Source of the DNA: Nitrospirota bacterium | GTDB lineage: Bacteria > JACPQY01 | Assembly: GCA_016190245.1 (NCBI GenBank) | Contig: JACPQY010000085.1 | Coordinates: 35,095 to 99,094 of the forward strand | Length of the DNA stretch: 64,000 nucleotides | Direction of reading: 5' to 3' | Shown: piece after piece, positions 9,705-18,395 of the stretch | Layout of the letters: each line of letters opens with the position of its first letter | How positions within the stretch are numbered: position 1 is the stretch's first letter | Translations under genes and position numbers: made by a program | The notes under the pieces: generated by a model | The model's input: the letters and a program-made list of their open reading frames with translations, nothing else | Databases searched by the model: none | Told to the model about the DNA's origin: nothing

Positions 9705-9911
9705 GCGCGGGCCGTATTTCGGAAACCCCTCTTTTCCTACTCATGGGCATTCCCCCTCGGAATGCCCGCACTCGCGCGCCTTTGGCTCGCCCTCCGTGGG
9801 CTCGCCGGGGGCGCGAGTACTGGGCCGTCCTGGCCCGCACTCGGCCCCTGCTTCGGCCGCCCTTCCTTGGGTCGGCCTGGGTGGCCGAGTACTGGGCCTT
9901 CGTGGCCCGCT
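9705..9911. repeat. REP-like hairpin cluster beside the RAYT (GGCATTCC-N5-GGAATGCC; GTACTGGGCC-N5-GGCCCGC x2)
   Basis: Hairpins read directly; homologous block at about 43260-43410; further GTAC-hairpin copy at about 18293. Confidence 0.7.
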
Positions 9912-10495
9912 CATGGCTGCGCCCCTTCGGTTACGACGTAGAGGGCGTTGATTCTCAAGCACTGGCGCGTGAAGAGGGTGAAGACGGTGAGGGTGTTGAG
10001 GTCGGCTCGAACGTCGATGAGCAAGCCCTCGCGCCCGTGGGTCAGCCGTTTGCCCATCGCCCGCGCCTTCTCGATGGCCCCGGCGTAGCCGGCATCGCCG
10101 TAGACGCCGGCCAGGTTGTAGAACGGTTGGTTAATCGCCAAGGAAAGCGGTTCTCCCTTGAGCATCAGGACCGGGAGGATCAGGCGATCTCGACAGGCTT
10201 CGCCGCTGACCGCCTCGATTCCCCCGTCGGCGGCTACCCTCGCGCGGATCAGTTCCCGCGGCGTGGGCGGCCGGTAGGCGAGCGTCCCCTTCGTGTCCTC
10301 GAACAGGGGATAGGATCGAGGCCCGGGGTTCAATGCCGTCTCCGTACCCATCGTTCGAAGGCCGACGTCCTGCAAGTAGGTCGGGGGCGGCCGCAGCGAA
10401 GTGCAGGCCGGCATGAGCAGAGAGCCGACGGCAAAGGGCATGGCTATGTTGAGCAGGCGATGTCGCCTGCGCTTGAAGCCGAAAGAGACTGTCAT
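9911..10495 (-). CDS. TRL-like family lipoprotein
   Basis: LMPAC lipobox-like; GEAC..GDAGY..A..DVRAD..QC motif typical of TRL-domain proteins. Confidence 0.6.
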   Translation of the reverse strand: MTVSFGFKRRRHRLLNIAMPFAVGSLLMPACTSLRPPPTYLQDVGLRTMGTETALNPGPRSYPLFEDTKGTLAYRPPTPRELIRARVAADGGIEAVSGEACRDRLILPVLMLKGEPLSLAINQPFYNLAGVYGDAGYAGAIEKARAMGKRLTHGREGLLIDVRADLNTLTVFTLFTRQCLRINALYVVTEGAQP

Positions 10496-10512
10496 CGGCG
10501 CACCAACTCCCC

Positions 10513-10875
10513 TCACAGCCTCACGGGATGACCCTGGACGATGGAGCAGTGCTTCTGATAGACGCCCAGAATCGAAAAGGACGATGTGTCGGCCTTCACA
10601 TCGGACAGGGTTGTCGCGCCATTGGCCCGAGACAAGGCGTCCTTCAGGGCGTCGTTGTAGCCCGCCTCTCCGACGGCGATCAGCCACAGGATGACGCTCA
10701 TGCATGCCTCCCCGCGCACCTCCTCTGCCGGACCGCGCCCCTCCGACGCCGGCACTTCCGCCGGTGTGGGCGCCCGCCAAGCGAGGGGCGAGGTCACATT
10801 CGTGTAGATGCAACCACACCACGCGACAACGAGAAGAGGGATCAACAGAATACGACTACGGTTGGATGAGGTCAT
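10513..10875 (-). CDS. TRL-like family lipoprotein
   Basis: WCGC lipobox-like; GEACMSVILWLIAVGEAGY..DVKAD..ILGVY..HC; SD GGAG upstream. Confidence 0.7.
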   Translation of the reverse strand: MTSSNRSRILLIPLLVVAWCGCIYTNVTSPLAWRAPTPAEVPASEGRGPAEEVRGEACMSVILWLIAVGEAGYNDALKDALSRANGATTLSDVKADTSSFSILGVYQKHCSIVQGHPVRL

Positions 10876-11050
10876 GATAGGTTCTCCTTTCTCAGTTTCT
10901 TTCCAACTGGCCCGTCGGCGATTTCGTTCGATACGCGGCCTTGGGGACGGGGCCTTGGGGACGTTGCCAGGCAAGTCAGGTTGTGCCATCGGGGGTGCTC
11001 CTTTCGGAGAAGCGAATCGGGAATTGGGAATCGCGAGTCGATCGGGCATG

Positions 11051-11749
11051 TCAGTATGCTCCTTTCCTGGTGAACTCAGAAAGGTCCACGAACTGGCGTC
11101 CCTGAGATGGGTCCGCCGGACGGGCCACTTGGGAACGGCTTGGAGGGCTTGCAGAAACCTCTTCTTCACATCGGAGTGAGTGGTCGCGACCTCCGCCCAT
11201 CGATTCCAGGGTTGGCGCCACCGAAGCCCTCGGGCTCTCCCGCTCCACCACGTCGCCCGAGACAATGGTGGACCACGGCATCACAACCGCAATCGTTGCA
11301 ACGCCGATCACCGGATTGACCAGTGCCGAGGCCAAACCGATGCTGAACGTCTGGCCGAACAGGCTGAACCAGTCGAGCGGTGTCACCTCTCGCGTGATGA
11401 GCAGGTTCCGGACCGCGAGCCGCTTGCCATCCCCGACTTCCTCTTCCACGACGCGCTCCAGCGGCTCGTTCTCGTTGAGCGGCAAGAGCCCCCACAAGGC
11501 GAACCACGTCCGGCGGGTCTGGGAAAAACGGTGAAGCACCCGTTCGTTCTCCGCCGCCGGCGCGAAGGCCGCATCGTCGCGCACGTGGTACCGCGTGCTG
11601 TAGCAGCCGGCCGTTGCAACCAGTGAGCAGTGAACAGTGAACAGCAAAACGAGGATGGAGAACCGGGAACGGCGACACTCTCCGCGGCCCTCCATGGCGC
11701 TGCGGGTGCCGTTCGCCGTCGCGGCACGGATCGGGAATCGCGATGTCAT
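11051..11749 (-). CDS. Bor/Iss-like lipoprotein (putative)
   Basis: TAGC lipobox; WFALWGL..ITREVTPLDWF..PWSTIVSG resembles the Bor-family pattern; SD AAGGAG. Confidence 0.45.
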   Translation of the reverse strand: MTSRFPIRAATANGTRSAMEGRGECRRSRFSILVLLFTVHCSLVATAGCYSTRYHVRDDAAFAPAAENERVLHRFSQTRRTWFALWGLLPLNENEPLERVVEEEVGDGKRLAVRNLLITREVTPLDWFSLFGQTFSIGLASALVNPVIGVATIAVVMPWSTIVSGDVVERESPRASVAPTLESMGGGRDHSLRCEEEVSASPPSRSQVARPADPSQGRQFVDLSEFTRKGAY

Positions 11750-11905
11750 CTCAGGCTCCTTTCGTGAGTTCGTGAAGCGTGAAGGGTGATGAGTGATGAG
11801 AACTGGGCTTTGGCGCGCTTCACGCCGCCTAACACTTTGGATAAGCTTAACTCTCCGCATTCCTCGTCAAGCCCATCCACAAAGGGACTTGAACGAAATT
11901 CGGGA

Positions 11906-11954
11906 CGCGGGCTAAAGCCCGCGACTACCGCCTGTGTCCCAAGTTGTGTGGTAG
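11906..11954. repeat. GTAG-type REP hairpin (GTAGTCGCGGGCTTTAGCCCGCG on minus) with an opposing GTAG
   Basis: CGCGGGCT-AA-AGCCCGCG palindrome followed by ACTAC (11906-11928); second GTAG at 11951. Confidence 0.65.
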
Positions 11955-12070
11955 CCGCACCCCCTTGCCGAGGATAGCATGGGGCCATGATAGGTTGCGG
12001 CCCAGGAGGGGCCGCATGGAACACGGCCTTTGCGGGTGCGTCTCGAAGACCCAAGGAAATGTTCCAAATG

Positions 12071-12282
12071 TCTTTGGGGACGTTGCCAATCAAAGCAACT
12101 CCCGCCGACTTCACTATGGGCCGCCCGTCACGATCTGTCGCTCCGTCCCACCCACCCCGATGACTCACCACCGCGGTCGAGTAAACGGTAATCCGCCACG
12201 GGCGGAGTGAACGGTGAACAGCGGGGCGAGAACCGGGAATCGGGAACGGGGGGCCAGAAGCCGAGAGCCGGGGAACCGTCTG
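12071..12282. repeat. ~205-bp intergenic repeat unit; permuted tandem copy at 42605-42858
   Basis: TCTTTGGGGACGTTGCCAA..CAAAGCAACTCCCGCCGACTTCACTATGGGCCGCCCGT and GTGAACGGTGAACAGCGGGGCGAGAACCGGGAATCGGGAACGGGGGGCCAGAAGCCGAGA are near-identical in both places. Confidence 0.85.
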
Positions 12283-12457
12283 GAAACAGACCGTGCGCGG
12301 ACTCAGCCTCATGAAGTTCAAGAAGCCGTCCCCATGCACATCGGGACGGCCCGGGCAGAGGCCAGGCCGGGCCTGCCGACTCACGACTGTCCGCCCAATG
12401 GCGGACTGCCGACTCCCACCTCCCAGGTTCTTGGTCACACTCATACCCCTATTAGTA

Positions 12458-12486
12458 TTAGACTCCTGATACCTTCGTTTTGTTCC
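12458..12486 (-). promoter_or_regulatory. ECF-sigma-type promoter, copy 1
   Basis: GGAAC-N18-GTCTAA on minus; surrounding ~40 bp nearly identical to 24136-24164 and 50501-50529. Confidence 0.6.
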
Positions 12487-12601
12487 AAAGAACGCCAGTT
12501 TTTCCATCGGTCCAACGTATTGTCATTGCCAACAATCCCGACTTGCCCCTCCACCCAACCTCGCCCCTTGTGGGCAGGGGAAGAGGTGCTACAATGAGCC
12601 C

Positions 12602-12991
12602 GTGAGCGTCATCCAAAAGCCCATCACCCTCGCCGGATCCAAGGCCCAGAGGGACGTGACGGCTCTTTTCGACTCGGGTGCCACGTACTCGTGCATCAAC
12701 CCCGAGATCGCCCGCGGGCTGGGGATCACTGATTCCCTCCCCAAGCCGATGATCTTCGGGACCGCCAAGAACGGGGATACCCTCCAGGCCACGGAGGCCA
12801 TCCGTTTGGATTTCCACCTCGCCGGCTATCGCTTCTCGGACGAGTTCATGCTCATCCCGGACCTCTCGGAAGATGTGATCATCGGCGCCGCCACGCTCCA
12901 GAAGTGGCGCTTCAAGCTTGACTTCGAGAACGACGAGGTGATCATCGATCCGCGCGTCACCAAGCTGCGACTCCTTCGGCTCGCGCGATAG
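12602..12991 (+). CDS. Retropepsin-like (clan AA) aspartic protease, copy 1
   Basis: ALFDSGATYSCI catalytic motif and VIIGAATL motif; TGCTACAAT 6 nt upstream of GTG (leaderless type). Confidence 0.88.
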   Translation: MSVIQKPITLAGSKAQRDVTALFDSGATYSCINPEIARGLGITDSLPKPMIFGTAKNGDTLQATEAIRLDFHLAGYRFSDEFMLIPDLSEDVIIGAATLQKWRFKLDFENDEVIIDPRVTKLRLLRLAR

Positions 12992-13045
12992 CCCGGATCC
13001 GGCCCAGTCGGTCATCGCCTCACACGCCTCCTCGCTCACCCCTTG

Positions 13046-13069
13046 GGTCCACAGTCAAGCTCTGACCCC
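13046..13069 (+). repeat. Solo copy of the RAYT terminal repeat, with ~30 bp of upstream homology to the transposase 5' end
   Basis: GGTCCACAGTCAAGCTCTGACCCC; 13018-13069 aligns to 9591-9642. Confidence 0.85.
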
Positions 13070-13084
13070 CAATCACACTTCGGG

Positions 13085-13113
13085 TTGAAAGTAGATAGCA
13101 CGAAGTGTATACT
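13085..13113 (+). promoter_or_regulatory. Sigma70 promoter of the vapBC-like operon (leaderless type)
   Basis: TTGAAA-N17-TATACT-N6-ATG. Confidence 0.75.
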
Positions 13114-13119
13114 TCGCGC

Positions 13120-13383
13120 ATGGCCATATCAGCCAAGGATCTTCGATACAGAACATCCGAGATCCTGGACCGCGTCTCGAGAGGGGAACGCATCTTGGTG
13201 CTGAAGCGAGGCAAGCCCAAGGCCGTCCTCGTCCCGATCGAGAGCCCGGGCGAGGGATCGAAGGAGGAGATTTCCCCGGCCTTCGGGCTCTGGAAAAACC
13301 ACCCCGCCTTGAAATCTCCCAGGGGTTGGCTCAGGAGGCTCCGATCGGGGCGGCACCCGTCCTCTTCGACACGGACGTCCTGA
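13120..13383 (+). CDS. Phd/YefM-family antitoxin
   Basis: ISAKDLR..SEILDRV.RGE.I.V.KRGKP.A.LVP is the Phd N-terminal pattern. Confidence 0.85.
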   Translation: MAISAKDLRYRTSEILDRVSRGERILVLKRGKPKAVLVPIESPGEGSKEEISPAFGLWKNHPALKSPRGWLRRLRSGRHPSSSTRTS

Positions 13384-13742
13384 TCGACTTTCTCCGCGGC
13401 CGTGAGAAGGCGCGGGATTTTCTCGACCGCGTGCCGATCGGCCTGCGCCGTGGCTCGCATATTGTGCTTCTGGAACTGCTCCAAGGGGCGCGCAATCGAA
13501 GGGAGCAAGGCGTCATCGAGCGGTTCTTCAGAGAGTCTTTTCCCGAAACTCATCCTGTCGCGGAGGCCGTTTCGAGCCGCGCGGTCGGGCTCATGCTGCG
13601 GTACGGGGCCACGAGCGGACTGCGGCCAGCGGACTGTTTGATCGCCGCGACGGCCCTCGTACACGGTACGGGCCTGGCCACGGGCAACGTGCGACACTAC
13701 AGCTTCATCCACGGTCTGGAACTCCTGAAATACGACCCCTGA
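13326..13742 (+). CDS. vapC: PIN-domain (VapC-like) toxin
   Basis: VLFDTDVLID..ELLQG..DCLIAATA..LATGNVRHY; start uncertain (TTG). Confidence 0.88.
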   Translation: MAQEAPIGAAPVLFDTDVLIDFLRGREKARDFLDRVPIGLRRGSHIVLLELLQGARNRREQGVIERFFRESFPETHPVAEAVSSRAVGLMLRYGATSGLRPADCLIAATALVHGTGLATGNVRHYSFIHGLELLKYDP

Positions 13743-13898
13743 AGATCCCCGGGGGCTTTGGGGCACGCCCCGTGTTGGGGACGAGAGTCGAGAACGGAGA
13801 ACCGGGAACCGGGGAGCCGGGGAAAGGGCGCGGGGTGCCCCGCCACCGTCCCGGGCTTCGCCATCCCACCCCGGCCCTTGGAACGCGAAAAGCTCCTG

Positions 13899-13914
13899 CT
13901 CACGCTCTGACCCC
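13899..13914 (+). repeat. Degenerate RAYT terminal repeat downstream of vapBC
   Basis: CTCACGCTCTGACCCC, 14/16 match to GTCAAGCTCTGACCCC. Confidence 0.55.
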
Positions 13915-13922
13915 TTTCGCAA

Positions 13923-14810
13923 CTACCTTGGTATGGGCACGGGCTCCCGCCCGGGCGAGATGGCGAGACCATCCAGCAGGAGCCTCTTGTCTCGCTCGTT
14001 TGACTCGTGGGCCCCGCTCACGGCGCCAAAGATGTTGCCCGAATACCACGTGACCTCGAAGAAAGCCGCCGCGCCTCCAACCAGGTAGAGCTGTCTGCGA
14101 AAGGCTTCGTACGTGGCAAGACCGAAGAGGGCATTCAGCACCAAGCTGGTGCCCGCATCGGCCCACCGTCCGAGGTAGACGTGGCCGGCCCCCGGCAGGA
14201 GGGCCGCTAGCAAGCCTGCCGTCACCGGCGACTTTTTCTGACGACCTTGGAGCTCGTGCGACACCCGCACTAAATCGTCGCGGTACTTCGCCAACTGCGC
14301 CTCATCAGGCATGGCTGCGAACACTGATGCGGCACGGGACCCACTGTCCTGATTCAGCCGAATCCAGCCCAGATAGAAAACGGCCTCGGAGGCGACTTCC
14401 CGATCCGAAGACGCACCCGGGGCGAGGAACCCGGAGAAACCCCTTTCGGCGTCGTTCCAGCGCCTCTCGAAGTAGTAGGTCTTCGCCTCCTCCAGCCGCG
14501 CGCGCTCTTGAAGGCCGGCTCCTCCCCCTTCCGTCAATGTTCGGAACTCATCGCGCGCGTCTTCGGCCCTGCCTTGCTGTGTGAGCGCGATCCCAGCCAA
14601 GAGCTTGGACCAGGGGGCCCGCGCACTCGCCGGGTAATAGGCACCAAAGCGACGGAACTCGAGGACGGCCTCATCGAGATGGCCTTCGGCGTAAAGCTCG
14701 CGAGCGAATGCCCAGGAGCGATCCTCGTCCGACTGCATAGGCTCGCCCCGTGCGACGGACGGCGAGACCCCCGCGAGGCTACTCAGGATGATCAGCACGC
14801 TACTCTTCAT
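13923..14810 (-). CDS. TPR (BamD/YfiO-like) protein with C-terminal membrane domain
   Basis: TPR-like helices (FARELY..A..EFRRF..YP.S); KKSPVTAGLLAALLPGAGHVYLG motif. Confidence 0.7.
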   Translation of the reverse strand: MKSSVLIILSSLAGVSPSVARGEPMQSDEDRSWAFARELYAEGHLDEAVLEFRRFGAYYPASARAPWSKLLAGIALTQQGRAEDARDEFRTLTEGGGAGLQERARLEEAKTYYFERRWNDAERGFSGFLAPGASSDREVASEAVFYLGWIRLNQDSGSRAASVFAAMPDEAQLAKYRDDLVRVSHELQGRQKKSPVTAGLLAALLPGAGHVYLGRWADAGTSLVLNALFGLATYEAFRRQLYLVGGAAAFFEVTWYSGNIFGAVSGAHESNERDKRLLLDGLAISPGREPVPIPR

Positions 14811-15312
14811 CCGGACCCACTCCCGAAAAGGACCAGAACTCATGCGCCTCCACCGGGTCAACATAGCGGAGGTGCCCATGGATGCGTTGGCGGGCATAGG
14901 CACGGAAATCTCCGTTGTCGCGGATCAGGCGGTCGCCCGTCATAGCCAAACCAAGCCACAGACCGTTGCGCCGGACCGCTTCGAGTGCGTACCGCGAGCA
15001 AGTGGGATGCATCGGGCAACGCGGGCCATCCATGCGTGAAATGGTTGTCTGGAAGAAACGCACGGCGAGATGAACAGGCAGCCCGACGAGCGACCCTGTC
15101 CCGAAGGCCAACGAGGGCTCGCCCGCAGCCGGACGCGGGGGCGGTTGGATCCACTCGATTTCGATCTGACCCGGGCTCCCCTGCGTCTGCCTTGGGCCCT
15201 GCGCCGCCAAGTCGCCGGCGATGGCGGCGCAAGGGCCCAGGCCGGAGATCGACGCGCCCCAAACCACGAGCGCGCACGACACGAAGGCAACGCATGATCG
15301 GGTCCAGGCCAT
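14800..15312 (-). CDS. YidD-like (haemolytic domain / membrane insertion efficiency factor) protein with signal peptide
   Basis: FFQTTIS..RCPMHPTCSRYALEAVRRNG..G..MT.DRLIR. Confidence 0.8.
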   Translation of the reverse strand: MAWTRSCVAFVSCALVVWGASISGLGPCAAIAGDLAAQGPRQTQGSPGQIEIEWIQPPPRPAAGEPSLAFGTGSLVGLPVHLAVRFFQTTISRMDGPRCPMHPTCSRYALEAVRRNGLWLGLAMTGDRLIRDNGDFRAYARQRIHGHLRYVDPVEAHEFWSFSGVGPDEE

Positions 15313-15602
15313 CAGTCCATCACGTACGCGATGACGAGCCCCAGACCTCCGAGCAAGCATCCCAGCGCGAACCCTTCAACCTTGTCTTCCTCCTTGCCGG
15401 CCTCGTAGGCGGCCCGCACGCGTTCTTCGCGTTGGCGTTCGAGTTCTCTCCGGCGCTGCTGGTATTCGTCCGAGCTGGCCACGATGATCTCGCGCGCTTC
15501 GGCGATCAGTTCGCGGTTCGGCTCTACGGCGAGCGCCCGGTACCTCAGACTGGGCAGACAGAGCAGAGCGGCCAGAACGATGATGCGGCTGAACTGTTTC
15601 AT
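15312..15602 (-). CDS. Small secreted coiled-coil protein with C-terminal TM
   Basis: Signal peptide, charged helix, AYEAGK..G, hydrophobic tail; SD AAGGAG. Confidence 0.65.
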   Translation of the reverse strand: MKQFSRIIVLAALLCLPSLRYRALAVEPNRELIAEAREIIVASSDEYQQRRRELERQREERVRAAYEAGKEEDKVEGFALGCLLGGLGLVIAYVMD

Positions 15603-15643
15603 GATTGCTCCTTTCTCTTGAGAAGGTTTCACCGGGAGAGTGA

Positions 15644-15982
15644 CTAGGCGAACAGGCTGAGGATCGCGATGACATAGAAGGCCGCGACGGCCACGACAGC
15701 GGTACCGCAACCCCAAAGGGCGGCCGTGGTGCGCCCCTTCCTCACGCCTTTGCGGTACGCCTCCTCTTCCTCCTTCTTAATCTGCCGCTCCAGCTCCTCG
15801 AGCCGATCCCGCTCGTCGTCGGTCAGCTCGGCGACCACGACCTCGCCGGAGTGCGCCACGTCGACCGTTCTCGTCGGTCCAGGGGGTGCGACCTCCGTGG
15901 CGGCACGGCCCACACTTGGGGCGGCCAGCGTGAGGATTGAGACCAGAACGAGTCCGCCCATCCGATTCGGCATCACGTGCAT
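15644..15982 (-). CDS. Small secreted coiled-coil protein with C-terminal TM (similar to neighbour)
   Basis: Signal peptide, charged helix, AYRKGVRKG, hydrophobic tail; SD GGAGG. Confidence 0.65.
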   Translation of the reverse strand: MHVMPNRMGGLVLVSILTLAAPSVGRAATEVAPPGPTRTVDVAHSGEVVVAELTDDERDRLEELERQIKKEEEEAYRKGVRKGRTTAALWGCGTAVVAVAAFYVIAILSLFA

Positions 15983-16036
15983 CTTTTTCCTCCTTTGGTC
16001 TTGTGCTCTTGATATCCATGCGGTCGAAGGACCCAT

Positions 16037-16064
16037 GAGATTGCTTCGCTGCGCTCGCAATGAC
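16037..16064. repeat. Half-unit of the 1721-1791 palindrome family
   Basis: GAGATTGCTTCGCTGCGCTCGCAATGAC. Confidence 0.75.
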
Positions 16065-16139
16065 GCGAGAACTCTGAGTCCGTTATCAATCCCGACATCG
16101 ATTCTCGGCCACGTGTCCGTCACGATTCGCACGCCGGCC

Positions 16140-16787
16140 TCAGGATTCATCATCGAGCTTGAGGACCTTTTTCGTCAGGACCGTCAGACCGATGGTGCCT
16201 TGGAAGGTTGGGCCATCCAGGAAACCGACACCCACATCCGTGAGGTAGCCTGCCTCGATAAAAACACGGTGAGAAGTTCCGAGACCGAGGCCCGCCACGG
16301 CACCGACGAGGTTCTGATTTCCGAAACTGCCGGCCGCCCGGAGGACGTATCTGGGCGATGCGTACAAGGACAGCGAGGGCGAGGGGTCATAGCTTGCGAA
16401 GAGGGGCAGGTAGACGTCGTACCAGCCGATATCCGCGCTCGAATAGTCGAAACCGAAACCGGCCGACAGCGCCACGTCGGACTTCGGATCCCGCCCATAG
16501 AACTGATACTTCGCATCCGCGAGGGCCCCGCTCGCGAACCACTTGATGCCGACATCGAGCGACGGCAAGACACCCAGTCGGACCATGGTCTCCACGTTCG
16601 GCCAGATGGCGTTTATGTCCTCTTCCGTCGGATCGTCGGACTCAATGCGGACTCCAGTGAATCCACCGGCGCCCACTACCGTGACTTCACCTTGTTCGAG
16701 CGTGCGACCGCTCTGCAAGGCGGACATCGAAGCGCACCCGCCCAGCACGATGGCGCTGAGGCCGGCGGCCAGGATTGTTTTGTTCAT
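16140..16787 (-). CDS. Lipoprotein / outer-membrane beta-barrel-like protein
   Basis: LGGC lipobox, alternating beta-strand pattern, SD GGAGG. Confidence 0.65.
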   Translation of the reverse strand: MNKTILAAGLSAIVLGGCASMSALQSGRTLEQGEVTVVGAGGFTGVRIESDDPTEEDINAIWPNVETMVRLGVLPSLDVGIKWFASGALADAKYQFYGRDPKSDVALSAGFGFDYSSADIGWYDVYLPLFASYDPSPSLSLYASPRYVLRAAGSFGNQNLVGAVAGLGLGTSHRVFIEAGYLTDVGVGFLDGPTFQGTIGLTVLTKKVLKLDDES

Positions 16788-17183
16788 CGTGTTCCTCCTA
16801 CTGTTGTTTGTTGCGTGGTCGGTCTGAGTTCGGGGTCGGTCCACGCGGCCGGGCCCGATGGACGTTGTGAGAGATTCCAAGTGAATGACAGGTCCGGGCC
16901 TCTACCTCCCCTTGTCCGCCGCGGCGGACTTGCCCCTCCTCACCACGGTCATCGCCCCGCCTTCCTGGCGGGGCCACACCTGGACAAGGAGTCCTGGTGC
17001 CACGTAAGGAAGGCAGGCCAGGATGGCCTGCAAATAGCGTGGCATTGCGTGGTACCTGGCCCTCCTGGGCCACGGTACAAAGGAGGGGCAGATCTTCCCC
17101 CGCGTATCGGGCGGCGGGAGAGGCCTGAGATTCCAGTACGGTGAAGGTGCCGATAGTCGCCTGAGACAGGCAGGCGTGTGCGC

Positions 17184-18395
17184 TCACTTGTCCGGCTCCT
17201 TCAGAAACTTCGGGAGGGGCGGAGGGGGGCAGGGACGATTCTCCGGGGTGCCGTCCCACCGGAGAAGCCCCATGCGCATGAGTTTCCGGTCCACCACCTC
17301 CATCGACGATTCCGGCATGGGGACTTCGATGCCGGCTTTTTCGAGGGCATACCGCCAGGAGCCGAAATGCCGGCGGGCCGCGGCCACCAACCCAGGCCTG
17401 ATCTTTAGCGCGTGGCTTACGACGAGACTGCCCGCGTCCGCGACATAGGCACGTACACGCGCGAGCACTTCTTCATCGGAGAGACGCAGGTGAGTCGCCA
17501 TCCCGTCGTAAGGCACGCCGACGGCTTCAAGCGCCGCACGCCACGAGCTGAAATGCTCGCAGGCCTTCGAGTAGAGCTTCCGGTCCTGCCTGAAGACGTC
17601 GTACGGGCGCACACTCAGACCCGCTCCTTTTCGCGCCTCGATGGCCTGCAAGACCTGCTCCCGGGTCCACCGCCGCCGGGCGCGGCACTTTTCAGCGTCT
17701 AGATCGGCCGCCCTGAGCGCCTCCGACCACGACCCGAATCGTCTGACGGCACGGTGATAGAGGGAGTCCCATTCCAAGCGGACGCCGTTAGAGTTGAGCG
17801 GCAGGCCTGCTGCGATCCTTTCGTGGATCATCTTGACAATGGCCGCTCGGCGTTCCTGCCTCCGGTACGGATGCGGAGCGCGGCTGAGTCCTGCCGCCTG
17901 GAGGGCGTACCGATAGCAGCCGAAGTACCGCCGCACGGCTCTGGACAGGGGCGGGTCCTTACGGACGAGGTGGTACGGGACGAAGTCGCCCCCGCCCACG
18001 AGGTCTCGGAGGGCCTCGATGACACGCTCGCGGTTCCAGCGATTGAATCCTTGGCCTCGGGGGGGCGACTGTGGCGGGGCGACGGGACTCCTCACCCCAG
18101 CCCTCCCCGGCTGTCCAGTCCGCCACGGCGGACGGACGGGCAGGTCCTCTTCGAGGAGAGGGGACGGATGCTGCCCGTGCTGGGGCCCGACGGGATCGGC
18201 GTTGAAAAGGCCGGAGGGGGAGGCGCTCCGATCCACCGGTGGCAGGACCATGGCTCGCCCTCTCCGCCACGGCGGACTCGCCTCGTTCCGCCGGTACAGG
18301 GCCTTCGTGGCCCGCACCGGTGGACCGGATGGTTGGGACAGCGACGAAACAGACCGGAGGCCGTCGCGCCTCCCGTTTCCTGCAGTTTCAGTCAT
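17184..18395 (-). CDS. Protein with four homing-endonuclease-associated (HNH_repeat-like) helical repeats, no nuclease domain
   Basis: Four ~52-aa repeats ending (Y/R/H)F(G/S)(C/S)(Y/W)..AL..AG(L/V/I); ATGA overlap with traE; N-terminal ~100 aa derived from DNA repeats, so the start is uncertain. Confidence 0.7.
   Translation of the reverse strand: MTETAGNGRRDGLRSVSSLSQPSGPPVRATKALYRRNEASPPWRRGRAMVLPPVDRSASPSGLFNADPVGPQHGQHPSPLLEEDLPVRPPWRTGQPGRAGVRSPVAPPQSPPRGQGFNRWNRERVIEALRDLVGGGDFVPYHLVRKDPPLSRAVRRYFGCYRYALQAAGLSRAPHPYRRQERRAAIVKMIHERIAAGLPLNSNGVRLEWDSLYHRAVRRFGSWSEALRAADLDAEKCRARRRWTREQVLQAIEARKGAGLSVRPYDVFRQDRKLYSKACEHFSSWRAALEAVGVPYDGMATHLRLSDEEVLARVRAYVADAGSLVVSHALKIRPGLVAAARRHFGSWRYALEKAGIEVPMPESSMEVVDRKLMRMGLLRWDGTPENRPCPPPPLPKFLKEPDK
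18088..18163. repeat. 76-bp palindrome-containing element (core GTCCGCCACGGCGGAC), second copy at 30373-30448
   Basis: Near-identical copies, both inside ORF 5' ends; a related inverted variant at 58311-58355. Confidence 0.85.

Noticed and set aside
12446-12488. Integron attC/attI sites for the 40-bp repeated motif
   Set aside because: No RYYYAAC/GTTRRRY inverted cores or attC hairpin, and no integron integrase; an ECF promoter fits better.
11746-13922. ORFs 11746-12507, 12458-13039 and 13020-13922
   Set aside because: They run through repeat tracts or are antisense shadows of the protease and vapBC genes.
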